Below, piece by piece: positions 22,121 through 35,397 of a stretch of DNA of 64,000 bases; the first letter of the stretch is position 1; each line of letters begins with the position of its first letter. Origin of the DNA: Phoronis australis (lineage: Eukaryota > Animalia > Phoronida). The position numbers and the translations under genes are program-made. The stretch covers positions 1,619,177 to 1,683,176 of the forward strand of contig NMRA01000024.1 in the NCBI GenBank assembly GCA_002633005.1, given 5' to 3'. A model generated the notes under the pieces. That model saw only the letters and a program-made list of their open reading frames with translations, ran no database searches and had not been told where the DNA came from.

Positions 22121-23835
22121 GTAGATCAGAGGCGGNGGGGGGGGGGGGGGGGGGCTATATCCCCCACTGACACTTTTCAGTGTTGCACCGCCCATGGTCT
22201 ATGGGCGGTGCCCACGAGAGAAATAAATCATAAATTGTTGGACGTCGAGCGGGTCATGCGTTTGTTGGATGACACATTCTGAAACCGTTGTGAGAACTTG
22301 ACTCGGACAAATGTTTTGGAAGACTTCCTAGAGCTGTTTAATTTCGATGTTAAGAAGGATAGGGAGAATGGTGCAGATACGTGTTTTTGACTTTTTATAT
22401 TGAATAGGCCTTCTAGAAAGGACAACCACTCATTGTCAAGCTGTAAATGAAAAGGCCTTTGTTCGAATGTTCCTGAACAACTGAACGTCTTTCACTATAT
22501 TCTGCATTTACCGCCACCTAGGGGACACGCAGGGAACCACCGATAGCGTTACTGACTACTGAAGGAGGCACAGAACAGTTCTCACAGGGGTTTGCCTGTC
22601 AGAACACACGTCAATGCACTCTTCACCCTTTCTCAAAAACTACATGCAAATAAGGAAATGTTTTGAGTCATTTCACATCACAAGCCCTACAGATGAGCAC
22701 AGAAACTTTATTCTCTCTTGTATTTTTGACCCATTCACTTCCAGTGGAAACTAAGCTGAACTAAGAAAAATGAGGACAAAAAAATGCAAAATCGGCACTT
22801 TTCACCCCAAAATCACCACTTTCCTGCCGATGCTCGACTAAAGCCAACATTAGATTCCGAAAGCAAATTTCCTACCGATTCCAAAAATATGATCCAAAAG
22901 TACTGTCAACCAACTAGTTTTTTTGCAAATCTGGCTTGTTTGAGGGCTACCTGAAATCGCGGCCAATTTCTCAGTTGCTACACAGCAATGCACAACTGCA
23001 ACAGGGGGCCACCATCTTGAAGAAGAGTGCAGCTACAGCCAAGAAACTGGCCTTTTTTCATTCCTAGCATGTTCACAAATACAAAAAAAAACATTCACTT
23101 GTCCTACACACTATACCTAACTAAAAAATGCCCCCAAGCCTGGTCTAGCCCTAGATTTTAACATTTTGGCCGTGCAAATTGACCGCGGCCACAACCTAAC
23201 AGTGCCACCTGAACGGGACGTTTCCAAGGGTTACTCTCTGACGTCATGGTGAGAATATGGCGGCCAACAAGGAAATAAGTATTCAGTCAGATAGTAGCAT
23301 AAATTGAGGGTAAGAAAACATGATGGGGAACAGATTCTTGCATTTTTGGAATAAGGACTACGAGGGGAATCTAACGAGGTCAAAATCATGCGAGTTTGTC
23401 AAACTCAAAGTGTTGCTCGTGTTGTGTGCCGCCCTGTCGTTAGTCTGTAGACAAGTCATAGAACTATACGACAGCTTGCTTACCTCACTGGATATACTAT
23501 AGTATATAGTCTCTAAAGTCTACTGAAGCACTGATGAAGGTTGGAAATGCGATATACGTCTTGTCTCTCTCGAGTAGTAACTGAACATATTTACACACTA
23601 CCTAACTATATTCCTGTAAGCTGTATGTATTGTATTCCCACTCAATACGCACACAAAACGGAGTCTTAGCTTTTGCTCCACCTTTCTTCTCATACACACG
23701 TCCACATTCACCATATACTTTCCCTCCATCCTTTTCCACATTTTCCCCTTAAACAGTACACACCATGGATTTTTGCACATTTTGAATTACCGGTGGCTAC
23801 AGACTAAATGTATGACGTAAAATTTAGCTAAACCC

Positions 23836-24756
23836 TAGGCAATGACCATCGCCTCTGTTGGCCCGAAGCAGAGGCGATTTAGAGGCTATAGGCGCTCTGT
23901 ACGCCGGAAGCTTTTCGACGAATTATGCCTCGCACCGACTAAACCATCAAAGTCACGTTGTTATAAATACCTTTTGCTCATAGAGGAACACCTTTGGAGG
24001 TTGTCGATGTGTTTAAGTCCTTCCAACTCGAACAAATACTCCCGTTATGAAACTTTTTCTTCGATCAGTCCCTATTTCAGTTCCCAAAATCGTGAACTCA
24101 AAATTTTTGTACTGCGCACGCTCCAACTTTTACCGCGCTCGCTAGGTGATGTGACTTCATAACCTCAATAATTTTTAAATAGGCCAAAGGTGAGCCATTG
24201 CGGTCTTGTCAGTCAAATGTTCGTTTCCAAAATGCCACCACTTATACTTGTCTTTAATTGGCGTTACTTGAAACTGTTTGTATTTCAATGAATTATTGTT
24301 TGTATTTGATAAAAATAAATGCTGTTGATATGACATTTAAAAGTCTTTGTGCACATATTTGACATTTTAATGTTTAACAACACGGCAAATGCACGGCTGG
24401 TTCCCGGCAGCACGTACGCAAAGGGCGGGAACTTCAGCTTTCAAAGTTCGCCGGTAGGATCGCAACTTCTGACCTTCGGCCTGGTTAAAAAAATGAAAAT
24501 TTTGATTTCACGATTTTGGGAACTGAAATAGGGACTGCTCGAAGAAAAAGTTTCATAACGGGAGTATTTGTTCGAGTTGGAGGAACTTAAACACATCGAC
24601 AACCTCCTAAGGTGTTCCTCTATGCGCAAAAGGTATTTATAACAACGTGACTTTGATGGTTTAGTCGGTGCGAGGCATAATTCGCCGAAAAGCTTCCGGC
24701 GTACAGAGCGCCTATAGCCTCTGCTTCGGGCCAACAGAGGCGATGGTCATTGCCTA
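23836..24756. mobile_element. Non-autonomous long-TIR element with 9-bp TSD (Mutator/MULE-like)
   Basis: ~270-bp near-identical inverted arms starting TAGGCAATGACC. Perfect TSD GCTAAACCC at 23827-35 and 24757-65. Confidence 0.85.
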
Positions 24757-25199
24757 GCTAAACCCATGTTTATTTTGTGTAATTAGCTTGAAATTTTGAT
24801 TTTTCTTTCAATTTTGCCAATTTTCACATTTCCCGCCATGTGACGTCGTGGGTTGAACACAAGAGATCAGTGACTAGCATTGAACCATGGCGGAGAGCAG
24901 CGAATTTGAAAGCGACAACGATTATGAGCAAGAATTGAACGAATACTATGAAGAAACGTACGGGAATGGTGGCCAGGATGAGGAAATGGGGTTGCACGAA
25001 AGTGAGAACAAGTTTAATGAGGTTCCGGCTGCGTACTTTTCTACTTTGAGCTTTAAGAACTGGATCCTCCCGCGAGAGAAGCGGCCTCGGGCTCGGCGGC
25101 GAGTCAACCCAGTCATCCAACAGACGATCCTGAATTAAGAGCTGATGTTTCTGAATGATAAATGTTGTCCTTTATTGGACCAGGCCTCCATCGTAACGT

Positions 25200-25420
25200 C
25201 TCCTGTGACTGGAGTCAAAACACGAGTCCTCAAAGTGGGCAGAACACAGAGTGGCCCGGACCAAATCGCTTGGTCCACGATGACGTCCCACACTCTTGTT
25301 CGGCGCACGAACTTCGAAGCGATGCCACTTCTGCACAACTTTGGTGTCCTTCGGAACACCGAGACGTTCTCCGCCTGGCTGATGTTGCTGAAGCCTCCGG
25401 AAACACATCTTTTGATCCCT
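25200..25420 (-). pseudogene. THAP zinc-finger domain (frameshifted), N-terminus of the Kolobok-like transposase
   Basis: KRCVSGG.SN...VS.F / PKDTKVVQKWHRF / VRRTR..W...LCSAHFEDSCF, the THAP signature. Confidence 0.8.
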
Positions 25421-26303
25421 CTACGAACCTTCTCGACGCTTTTTCTTCACTCTATACACTTTGTCTCTGATCCGAACAGTATATGGCGAACGACTTGGGT
25501 TCAACCCATGACGTTGAACATAATTATGCTTTTTTCAATTTTTGCGTGTTTCTTTATGAGTTGTGCACTAAAGGCATTGATATCAAGTAAGATATAATAA
25601 TAAAATTTATTTTGAGGTACTAGAGTCATGTTGTGTACACTTTAATGAAACAAGGATGTTAAATTATTCCGTGAGTACTCACCCTCATAACTCTCATCAG
25701 GCACTGATGTGGTGACTCCCATGGTTGTATCAACGTGTCTTCTAGTTGGGAAAGGAGATTAACCCCCGACGAGATGGGACTGACGCCTAACTCGCCACCG
25801 ACGCCCCTTTCGACGCGGGCTTCCCGCTTGCAGTGGCATTCCCTTGGGAAAGGGTATTGACCCCCGGCAAGTTCGATACCGACGCTCCCTTCGACGCCGG
25901 CTTCCCACGTACCACGTCAGCTCCTCCGTCACTTGAAGACACTGTATCCATCAGCCGCTCAACCAGGAACTTTCCAGGCACTCAAATGGTAAACATTTCC
26001 CTGCTGGCCATCTTCTTCCTGCGACCTTGATCATCTGAGACCTGGTTAAATCGTGCAGATACCACACCCAATTTCATGACTGCACAAGGTCCTTGATTCC
26101 GGTTGGTTTCATGCCCTCATTGCACTATCACCATCCACTTGAATGAAAATGTCCGAGGTCTCAGCATTGTACCAACCAAACCTTTAAAAAACATTAACAG
26201 TAATCATTACACAGTATTTCGATTGTGTTTTATCCAATTCTTCCATTCCTTAAAACATTCTCAAAAATCTACTCCTCATGCACCAAATTGTGTAAACAGT
26301 TAA

Positions 26304-29300
26304 GAGTGACTCCATATAAAAACCAACAGGTAGAGTCTATACCCAAAATCACCGATTTTTTTGAAACTTAGCACATGACTTTGGTTTGTTGAGATATAGA
26401 AAAACCTCACTTTTTAAGAATTTTCAATCATCATTTTTCTTTTTATGACCTGTACCTCCATTTTGCAACAAAATTGGGCGTCGAAGTAGGCATGTTTGAA
26501 TGCATTTTACTAGCATGTGTGGTAAGGTCAAAACAAATGAATAATACGAATTGAAAGGGCAGTGGCTGAATAATTTAATGGCATAACTTTCAAAATCCAT
26601 TTTTAAATTTGTATGCTTTGAATTCGTGAGGCAAAAAGGGCTATTTTTCAGTTTTTCACTGAAGCCATTTTCGGCCAAATTTGGCACTCTGTAGCAGCCA
26701 TAACGCACCTTTCCTGAAATTGACTTCATAATAATTTGCTTAGTCATTCCTAACCTGTTCATTATCTAAAATAAAAATCTTGCCTCTAATGTAGTTTTTG
26801 CGTACGAAACGTTACACGAACTGCACTTCGTCCTTTTGCGTGTTCTCAGTTGCCTCTGCTGCCAGTAGGGGGCTCTTGGAACATACAGTTAGCTTGCGAA
26901 ACACGACATAAAAACCTTGTATTTTGGAGAAAAGGCAGACAGCATTATTAATTACCATTAAATGAAAACGGCATTGATGATTATTGCTTATTACAAAAAA
27001 TATGTAACGTAAATCAACTGGCATGCGTGGTTCTAAATGATAGATGGCGCTGCTTTTGTTTACGTAGAGACTGAAGACGCATCTAGAATAAGAGCAGTAA
27101 CACAAGGACCTTGCTATAATTCAAGACTTCGCGAGATATTGCCCTGTATTTTAAATAAGAACACGTGGTTTTGGATAAATTTTAGAGAGGTTCTAGTGTT
27201 ACTGAAGTCACACCTGCCTTGTTGTCTATCTGCCTTGTTTGTGCCACAGGCAAAGGAAAGCGCCCAAGGTGGATATGCCTCCCTAGTGTTCAGTGCAAAA
27301 AATCCTTCAACTTGTCGATAGTCATTGTAACTTTGGGTTCATATTGTAATGTCCCTGCCGTTTGTTACAAATTTTTGTCGCCACCAGTCGCCAGAAACCT
27401 GATGTTCCCCCCACACAACGGGCACCCTAACGCTGAATATTTCTGCCAGTGTGATCATCAGTTGTATAAAAAGGTACACATTCACAGTCAATAGAAAATA
27501 ATTCACGAGAGACAATTTTATTAATGACTCGTTCATGACAGACATGAAGTAAACAGAAGTAACGGTTTCGACTTCATATATCACACATCTTTGACTGGTA
27601 TGCTACAAAACTAGACTAAACGTTGAGCTCATTTACCACTTCATTCAGTAAATCTGACTACATAACAACATCTTCAGCAGAAATTGCATCGTCATAAACA
27701 TTGCTGCAGACAACCTCCAAAAATCCACTAATCTGCGATTCACTTAATATCACAGGTAAACACGTTACCAGTAGGTTCTCGCAATGTTTTCTCCATTTTG
27801 GCACTTCCGAGGGTGAACGTTTTTACCTGACTTATCTCCTTCATCGAATATGTTCGTCAGAAAGTTCTTAACCTTTGCTGAAAATTTTGTTGACCTTTTA
27901 CCTTTTTTCAATGCCTAACCTATTGCTTCAGCATTCGTCTCATCCAAATAGTACTCTGAGGCTGTCTCAAATGACGCTCCGGTTCTTGCATCTGAAAGCA
28001 TTTCTGACCACTGTCGTGCGATGTGGTGATACGTGGTTTCCCTCTGTAAATGTTCAGTGTGGTTACCCACATCCAAATGCTTACCTAGTTCTGCGTCTGT
28101 AGCAAAAAATTTCGAGTAACCTTGCTGGGTACAAGGGAACTTTTGTTGAGGCTCTTCACTAGATACAATGCCAACCTTAACTCTTGGTGTTGAAAATCCG
28201 CCATGTCTCAGAGAGATGTTAGTGTATTTTAAAGAAATAGGTTTCCCATTTTCTCAGTACTTGTAAGAACTTAGAGTCACCTACATGGAATGATTTCCAC
28301 ACGCGAATGCCTTGGGTGGAATAGTAGGAATTTGGGAATGTGCTTATACCAGGAACTGAGTATTTTGAAAAAGACTTTGTTGCATTGACTGAACATGCAT
28401 ACACATAACATCCCTTCACACGGCCACTGGAAAGTAATGCTTCTTTCAAATCCAGAAAGTTTATGATATTGTTACCTTCAGCTACAAAGTACTTTGCATG
28501 TTGTTTGAGTGGACCGATCTTGCGATCACAGAGATCCTTCCCATTCTGACTTTCACTAAAGTCATATCTCGAAACAGAAATGCCGATAGAATTTGACAAG
28601 GCTGCTACGTTCAGGAGGAGAGGAGCAGAGTGGTAACATCCAGCATTACCTGACTCTTCCATGACTGGTCCTGTTCAGTCAGAAATTCACCGACTCTGGG
28701 TAGTACGAGTCCGTACTCTGGCACAGGCCTTGCTTTGTGAGGTAGTTTCCTGTATCTCAAATGTTCAGTGGTGTCTTTGACATAACTCACTAAAGCACAA
28801 AGCTTTTGTGATCAGATTTTTTGCAGAATAAACTCTAAAGGAACATGAAGGCCCATCGACATCGTAGGACATTTTGTCTTTTTAAAATGCACTTGCTTCC
28901 GTCTTTCAAAACCAGTCATTACAAATATCAATTCTTACTCGTTTAATCTTAAAAGCATTTATTTCCATTTAAAATTTCTACAGAGTTCTTAAATTAACCT
29001 GATAATATAAAAGAAATGAAAGAATACAAGACGGTTATACATACAATTTTTATATATCCTCAAGCTTAGCCTCAACTGACTCCCTCAGTGGGCAAAGGTC
29101 ATCGGGTTCAGTTTTGATACTAGCCGCGTAATAAACCCGGAAAACATTTTGTTTTCATTTGAAAGAGTTTAGACTTGGTTTCTATAACTATTTAAAGCAG
29201 ACTTCTTGCCTAAAAGTTTGTTCAAATGGTCTGTAAACTCTGCTCGTCATTTCCAAATTATGAAAATAGACAGTTTTGCAAGACAATTTTTACTAAGGTG

Positions 29301-29799
29301 CAAAGTTGAGGCAAGTTTTTTTTTGCTTAGTCATCAAGACTAACTCTTTAACTGTATGTTCAAAACGTCACATAAGGCTACAAGGTGTTTTATGGCAGTA
29401 AGAAGGTCACAAAAATGGCCACTAAAATTAGCCCCAAAAAGTGGTATGTGGATTATCTCCCCTGTCTAGCAAAAAACTGTCAGATTTTAATAAATGGCAC
29501 AGAATTATGTACAATATACGTTGGTTATTTCAGCCACAAAAATATAGCTTTTGATCTATTTTGTATGTTACTCATTTTTGTTGCTGAAAACATGCGATTT
29601 TTGAGACGGCTAATATGCCCAATTGTGCCAAATTGTGTTATCATGCTCCAGTGGCGAAATTAGGGGTCATTGATTGCACAAAATTTGGCATTTGGGTTTA
29701 TGTTAGGATACCTACCCATGTACAAAAAATGAAGTTGTTTTAAATTTTGACGTATAGACTGATTTTTGAAAATCTACTGGTTTTTATATGGACTGTCTC
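26304..29799 (-). mobile_element. Sola3 DNA transposon, internally deleted
   Basis: GAG...CTC termini with TIR gagtgactccatataaaaacca / gagacagtccatataaaaacca, and TTAA flanks (26300-03, 29800-03). Contains a transposase remnant. Confidence 0.82.
27680..28662 (-). pseudogene. Sola3-type transposase, C-terminal half
   Basis: NAGCYH...YDFSESQNGKDLCDR motif, FPC...F....LGKHLDVGNH finger-like segment, and FDEGDKSGKK.SP...QISGF. Confidence 0.8.
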
Positions 29800-29951
29800 T
29801 TAATAAAACCCGTTGCACCAACCCTTGTACGTACAAACCTTATGCAGAGAATTTAAGCAACATCTGAAGTATTTCCCTACTTACATTCACGTCCACTGAC
29901 ATACCCCAGTCATCACCATTGCATATGGAACCATCAACCGTTGCTTGAACA

Positions 29952-31507
29952 TCACCGTAGTTCCTCGTCAATCCCTCTGGACGTTGACGTCGGTTGGTTC
30001 TGATGACCTATGTCTGCTGCAGGACAATGTGCTCTGAAGTGACCAACTTCATTGCACCGGAAACACTTTTTTCGCCTAAGTCTATTGGATTGCCGCCACT
30101 GCTACCAATTTTTCACGGTAACAGTTAAACGTAGGCCCCACCATATACCTGCTTGGATTTGCCGTTCTGCCTCGCGTTGGTCTCCCGAAGACACAACTCC
30201 TTCGCAGCTTTCTGTAGATTCTGAAGAGTGTTGCATCAGCCGTCTTTTCATCCGAGGACACTGCGCCACAAAATGACCCTCTTGGTTACAACGCAAACAT
30301 TTCCGCACTTGAGGCATATGACGACGAGAGTCATAGTCACGTCCCTGTCTGTTACTCTTTGTTGGACCTTGTCCCATAGGCCTTTAACCTGATTTCGCAC
30401 CAGGATGTCCACTAGTATCCCTAACTGATCTCTCCACAAGCTCTCCCAGCAGTTCATTTTGTTTGCTAACAACTTCAATCAATTCATCAAACTCACTCCC
30501 TGTATTTGGCTTTGTTGCACTGGGCATAGACACACTTTGAGATTTTTCTGGTAAAGCATAGCCCACTGTGACATTTGGCGTTCCCTCTGGTTGTGCTGGT
30601 GTTGACCCTGAAAATGCTGACACATGGCACACCGAATCCAGTGGCATGCGTAGTCTCACTTCCATTTTCTGCACCATCAAAGCTTTGCTTCCATTATGGT
30701 TCTAGGACTAGTCAGCAGCACAAATTCACCACATTCCTTATCTGAAGCTGCCATGCAGATTTGAGAAATGGCCTCTCTGTGTACCACTTCCATGTTGTAC
30801 ATCCCAAATGCATGTAGTTTAAGTAAATGCACTCTCATAGCCCACTCACCTACGGGTTCGTCAACCTCCTGCTTTGCCAAGTGTAAATTACAGCTAGCGA
30901 CTTCAGCACTTGTAATTTCATCATAGAATGCATCTAATAGGTCTAGGACCTCCCTCAAGGTTACTCTGTTGTCGACTTCCACCTGTTCTATCATAAACTC
31001 AAGTGGTTGGCCGTCCAGGCCCGTGATGAATAAATGCACCGCTTCATCACCATGAACGCGATGCACCTGCACCCATCTACAAAACAGCAACCTAAACATG
31101 TTAAACATGTGATAATTTCCGTAACCATTAAATCGAATATGCTTTAGCACCTGAAGCACATTAGGTAGTGCATACTCGCCCTCTGGTCTGCACTGATATG
31201 ACACGTTTGATTTCTGTCTTCCGGGAATCGCTTGCCTATTTGGGGTCTCACGAGGAACATCACCACTGTGGTATACCCGTTCGCCACCTGTTGGCTGTTC
31301 TCTATCGTGCACCGTGGTGGGAACCTCTTCTCCCTCGTCACCAGTTGTCATCGTCACCCTTGGACATTGACTCAAGTTTTCCTCCGTCTTGTACCCTGAA
31401 TCCTCCGTTACTGGGCTACAATCCCCTCCTTGAAGTCTTGATGTCGTCTCCTGCCTATCCTCATTAGACGTATTGGAGCGAAATGATCCCTCCTCATGGT
31501 CTCTCAT
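29952..31507 (-). pseudogene. Gag polyprotein, disrupted
   Basis: Capsid-like GLDGQPLEF...AKQEVDEPVGEWAMRV region and two CCHC knuckles, CLRCNQEGHFVAQC and CFRCNEVGHFRAHC. The second is in frame after the TAG at 30102. Frameshifts are present. Confidence 0.85.
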
Positions 31508-32170
31508 CTTTAGGGAGTGATGAATTGGTCCTCATCTTTTCCTTTGGATATACCTCTCCTCATCTTCTCTCCCCTCTCTTTCATCAAATGCAGTCATCCT
31601 AAAGCAATCCTTGACTACACAAAAATAACAATTAAGCAACATGTATATTTTATTTACCAACTCACTTGTCTTACCAATGAGACACAGTGAATTTCAGGCA
31701 CAAACACAGGCAGATTTACCATACTACAACCCTTGTTTCAACCAATTTTGCTACAAGACACACCTGAAAATCCAAAGTGCAAATAAATTCCAGCAGCTGT
31801 AAACAAGTGCACCCCTGAAACACACCTAGAAATATTAACAAGTCCGTTAATTATTTCACGACGTTCCACCACCTTTAATAATCCAATCAAAATGGCCGCC
31901 CTACTCGGTGCTATTCCGAATCAGAGGTTTGCTACTCACAGACGTAATTCCCTAAGTTATCTCAAAATACGCTTATCTCCACGTATTTTTCAAACTAGCC
32001 TTTCTAAACTCTATTTACCCTGTCTCAGGAATTGAACCTGACAACCAAAACTACATAGTTAGAAAGAAAACTGAATTCAAAAATTCGAAAATCCAATATG
32101 GCTGCCAACCCGCGTGGTTATTTGTCCGACACCGGGTTCCCAAATTTGAGTACTCTTTTGAGAATACTAA

Positions 32171-32184
32171 CACCGCTGTCACCA
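32171..32184 (-). promoter_or_regulatory. Primer-binding site (tRNA-Leu-like) TGGTGACAGCGGTG
   Basis: 3 nt inside the LTR end; complementary to a ...CACCGCTGTCACCA tRNA 3' end. Confidence 0.75.
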
Positions 32185-34034
32185 AAATGTTGTGTGCGCC
32201 CTGACCATGTTAGTCTAATATATCATAGAACTATAAGACAGCTTACCTCGCTGGATATACTATAGTCTCTAAAGTCTACTGAAGCACTAATGAAGGTTGG
32301 AAATGCGATATACGTCTTGTCTCTCTCGAGTCTCAAGCACGAAGAACGAGTATTACTAAAACTACTAGAACGGCTTACCTCAGTTCAGCTTCCCTCATCC
32401 CACTCTGAACTCTACTAACTACTGCACGCAAGCTAATATACATTGTGACACACTTAGAACAAAGGTAACTGGAGTGGATCCAGGATTTTTTAAAGGGGGT
32501 TGTATCAAGGATTTTTTAAAAGGTGTCCAAGTACACAATTTGAAAATTATAGATTTGAAATCACTAAAATCAAGAGAAAAAAGGGGTCCGGACCCCTTGA
32601 ACCCCTGGGTAGGGTGTCCTTCGGATTCCTCAGAATACAACCAGTTGAGTAGGGCATCATCACCGTAAGCGCTACGGGTTTGACTGAAGACGGCATCTTC
32701 TGATTCTTGTGACCATGTTCCACCTCAATTGGTCCCCCGAATTAAGGTTGCCATGCAGGGGTCCTGCCCCCCTTTGGGTGCAAAAAATAAACAGTAAGAA
32801 ATTGTGCAAATACTATGTTGCGGCTAATCATGATACAGTCAGGACACAGACATTACAAAATGAAAGATGTCCCATCATGATATCCTAGATCTGCCACGGG
32901 GTCCCTTGACCACTTATGAAATTTTCTTTCTGGCCTTCATTTTTAGTGATATCCTTTAACTGTTTGTTGCTGCAATTCTCCGAGTGTGGGAACTGTGCAG
33001 CCAGTCTGGACCAATATCTCTCCAAGCCTGCTGCTTTCATCAGCTTGGTTTGTACCATGAGTATTCTTGTTCTCTATAACAGTAGCTTTTTCTCTGATCA
33101 GTTATGTCAGGGAATATTTCTCCTCACGAGAAAGGATTTTAGTCCTTTTTTAATGTCTGCACTGATTCTATTGCTGTGTGCCATTGTGTACGCACATGGT
33201 CAGAGTTTCATTGAAGCACTGTCTTCCAATTGACCTATCGCCAAGATTATGACGGACGGCTTAATTGACCAATCAGAACGCAGCATTCTTGGCATACCTT
33301 CATCTGCATTTCCAAGCCGCCATTTTACCCGACAAACCACACGCAGTCGAGTAAAACTTACTTTAGTCTATAACTCAAGAAATTGTCCGCTAAGAATGGA
33401 GAAATGGTGTTGATATGACGTGTGTAGCACCGAAAGCCGTTGTGCTGCTCCAGAATAATATCCCGTCATTTTTTGGCATGTTATAAGCCGAAAAATGAAA
33501 TGATGTTGAAAAGCGTAAACTATGGATCAAACTGTACGACCACACGAGCAGCTGAACTTAGCGATGTTGCTTGATAACTCGAAGGCTCTAATAAACACAA
33601 ATATTTTAGTTCCAAGATACGCACTTTTCAGCTTGGTGGCTATGGTGCAGGGCTATCTCAGATTTTGACTCCCGAGTTGGCTACGTCTGGCCGCCTTTGT
33701 CTCGGCACCTGCTGGATCTCAGCACTCTAGCGGTAGTCCCCGGAAATAGTTGTTTTCAAGGACATTTTTATTTTATGTTTTTTATTTATTTCAACCTAAT
33801 GGACATTATTTTGTTTCGTATCAGAGGTGCATTTTTGATATTCATAAACCGTAAGCTGACGTTCAACGGAACTTCTCTCCCGGTCAAAATTCAGAGATTC
33901 GATCGGCACAGGGAAGGGCACTGGATTACTGCCGGAACTCAAAGCCTTGGTCGAGCTGTTGTCACTAAAAATAAACTGTTGAATTACTTTTTGACGTGTA
34001 CCTCTAGTATACACTATGTCTGTAGAGTTAGAGA

Positions 34035-34796
34035 NNNNNNNNNNNNNNNNNNNNNNNNNNNNNNNNNNNNNNNNNNNNNNNNNNNNNNNNNNNNNNNNNN
34101 NNNNNNNNNNNNNNNNNNNNNNNNNNNNNNNNNNNNNNNNNNNNNNNNNNNNNNNNNNNNNNNNNNNNNNNNNNNNNNNNNNNNNNNNNNNNNNNNNNNN
34201 NNNNNNNNNNNNNNNNNNNNNNNNNNNNNNNNNNNNNNNNNNNNNNNNNNNNNNNNNNNNNNNNNNNNNNNNNNNNNNNNNNNNNNNNNNNNNNNNNNNN
34301 NNNNNNNNNNNNNNNNNNNNNNNNNNNNNNNNNNNNNNNNNNNNNNNNNNNNNNNNNNNNNNNNNNNNNNNNNNNNNNNNNNNNNNNNNNNNNNNNNNNN
34401 NNNNNNNNNNNNNNNNNNNNNNNNNNNNNNNNNNNNNNNNNNNNNNNNNNNNNNNNNNNNNNNNNNNNNNNNNNNNNNNNNNNNNNNNNNNNNNNNNNNN
34501 NNNNNNNNNNNNNNNNNNNNNNNNNNNNNNNNNNNNNNNNNNNNNNNNNNNNNNNNNNNNNNNNNNNNNNNNNNNNNNNNNNNNNNNNNNNNNNNNNNNN
34601 NNNNNNNNNNNNNNNNNNNNNNNNNNNNNNNNNNNNNNNNNNNNNNNNNNNNNNNNNNNNNNNNNNNNNNNNNNNNNNNNNNNNNNNNNNNNNNNNNNNN
34701 NNNNNNNNNNNNNNNNNNNNNNNNNNNNNNNNNNNNNNNNNNNNNNNNNNNNNNNNNNNNNNNNNNNNNNNNNNNNNNNNNNNNNNNNNNNNNNNN
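34035..34796. other. Assembly gap
   Basis: Run of N. Confidence 1.
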
Positions 34797-35257
34797 AAGC
34801 GTGAGGAAATATTGAGTTCAGTAACTAGGACCGGTAGTGGAAGAGGGGGGACTCAGGCCCCAGATCGCGGCGGAATCGTGTTCCTGTTTATTTTAGTCCA
34901 CCGATAGATTTTCTGAACAGAAGGTCCAACGGTGTACATCCCTGGCTCCTGCAACTTTCGGGCCGCCTGTGCACATACAATCGCACTTTGCCCAATTCCA
35001 CGAGGCAACATATTTTGGGCCCCCTGTGGTATCCTAGATCCGCCACTGAATTCCAGACATTAGTTTTACTTAGACACAGCCCTAGACCTACCGGAGCTAA
35101 CTGTTTGCCCAGGACGAGATGTGTGTGTACCTGAGCTATGAACCTGAATTTTTTGATCAAAATATTTCGTTACAAGATTAGAAAAGCTATCAAGTCGATC
35201 TAGTCAGAGTCTATAGTGCATGTGTTGTCTGTAATCTATACTTTACTCCAGCCTCCC

Positions 35258-35397
35258 GTTCAGTAATGCCAGGACCTCGCTAAAAAGCAAGACTTCGCTA
35301 GATTACGTGAGATATTGCTGTGTATTTTGAATAAGAACACGTGACTTTGACTAGGTTTTAGCTAGGTCCTAGCGTAGGTCCTAGCGTCTACTGAACC
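35258..35397. mobile_element. Small MITE (gttcagta...tactgaac ends)
   Basis: Inverted ends; a diverged homolog lies at ~27095-27207 inside the Sola3 element. Confidence 0.5.

Larger units (their letters stand above)
23753..25641. mobile_element. Internally deleted Kolobok-like DNA transposon
   Basis: TTAA at both flanks (23749-52, 25642-45). Imperfect TIR acagtacacaccatg / agtgtacacaacatg (12 of 15). Contains a THAP remnant on minus and an acidic ORF start on plus. Confidence 0.68.
23420..32450 (-). mobile_element. Gypsy-like LTR retrotransposon remnant (gag only) hosting nested DNA transposons
   Basis: 5' LTR 32188-32450 (TGTCACA...CAACA on minus). Homologous partial LTR at 23420-~23574. 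PBS and gag lie between them. TSDs do not match. Confidence 0.7.
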
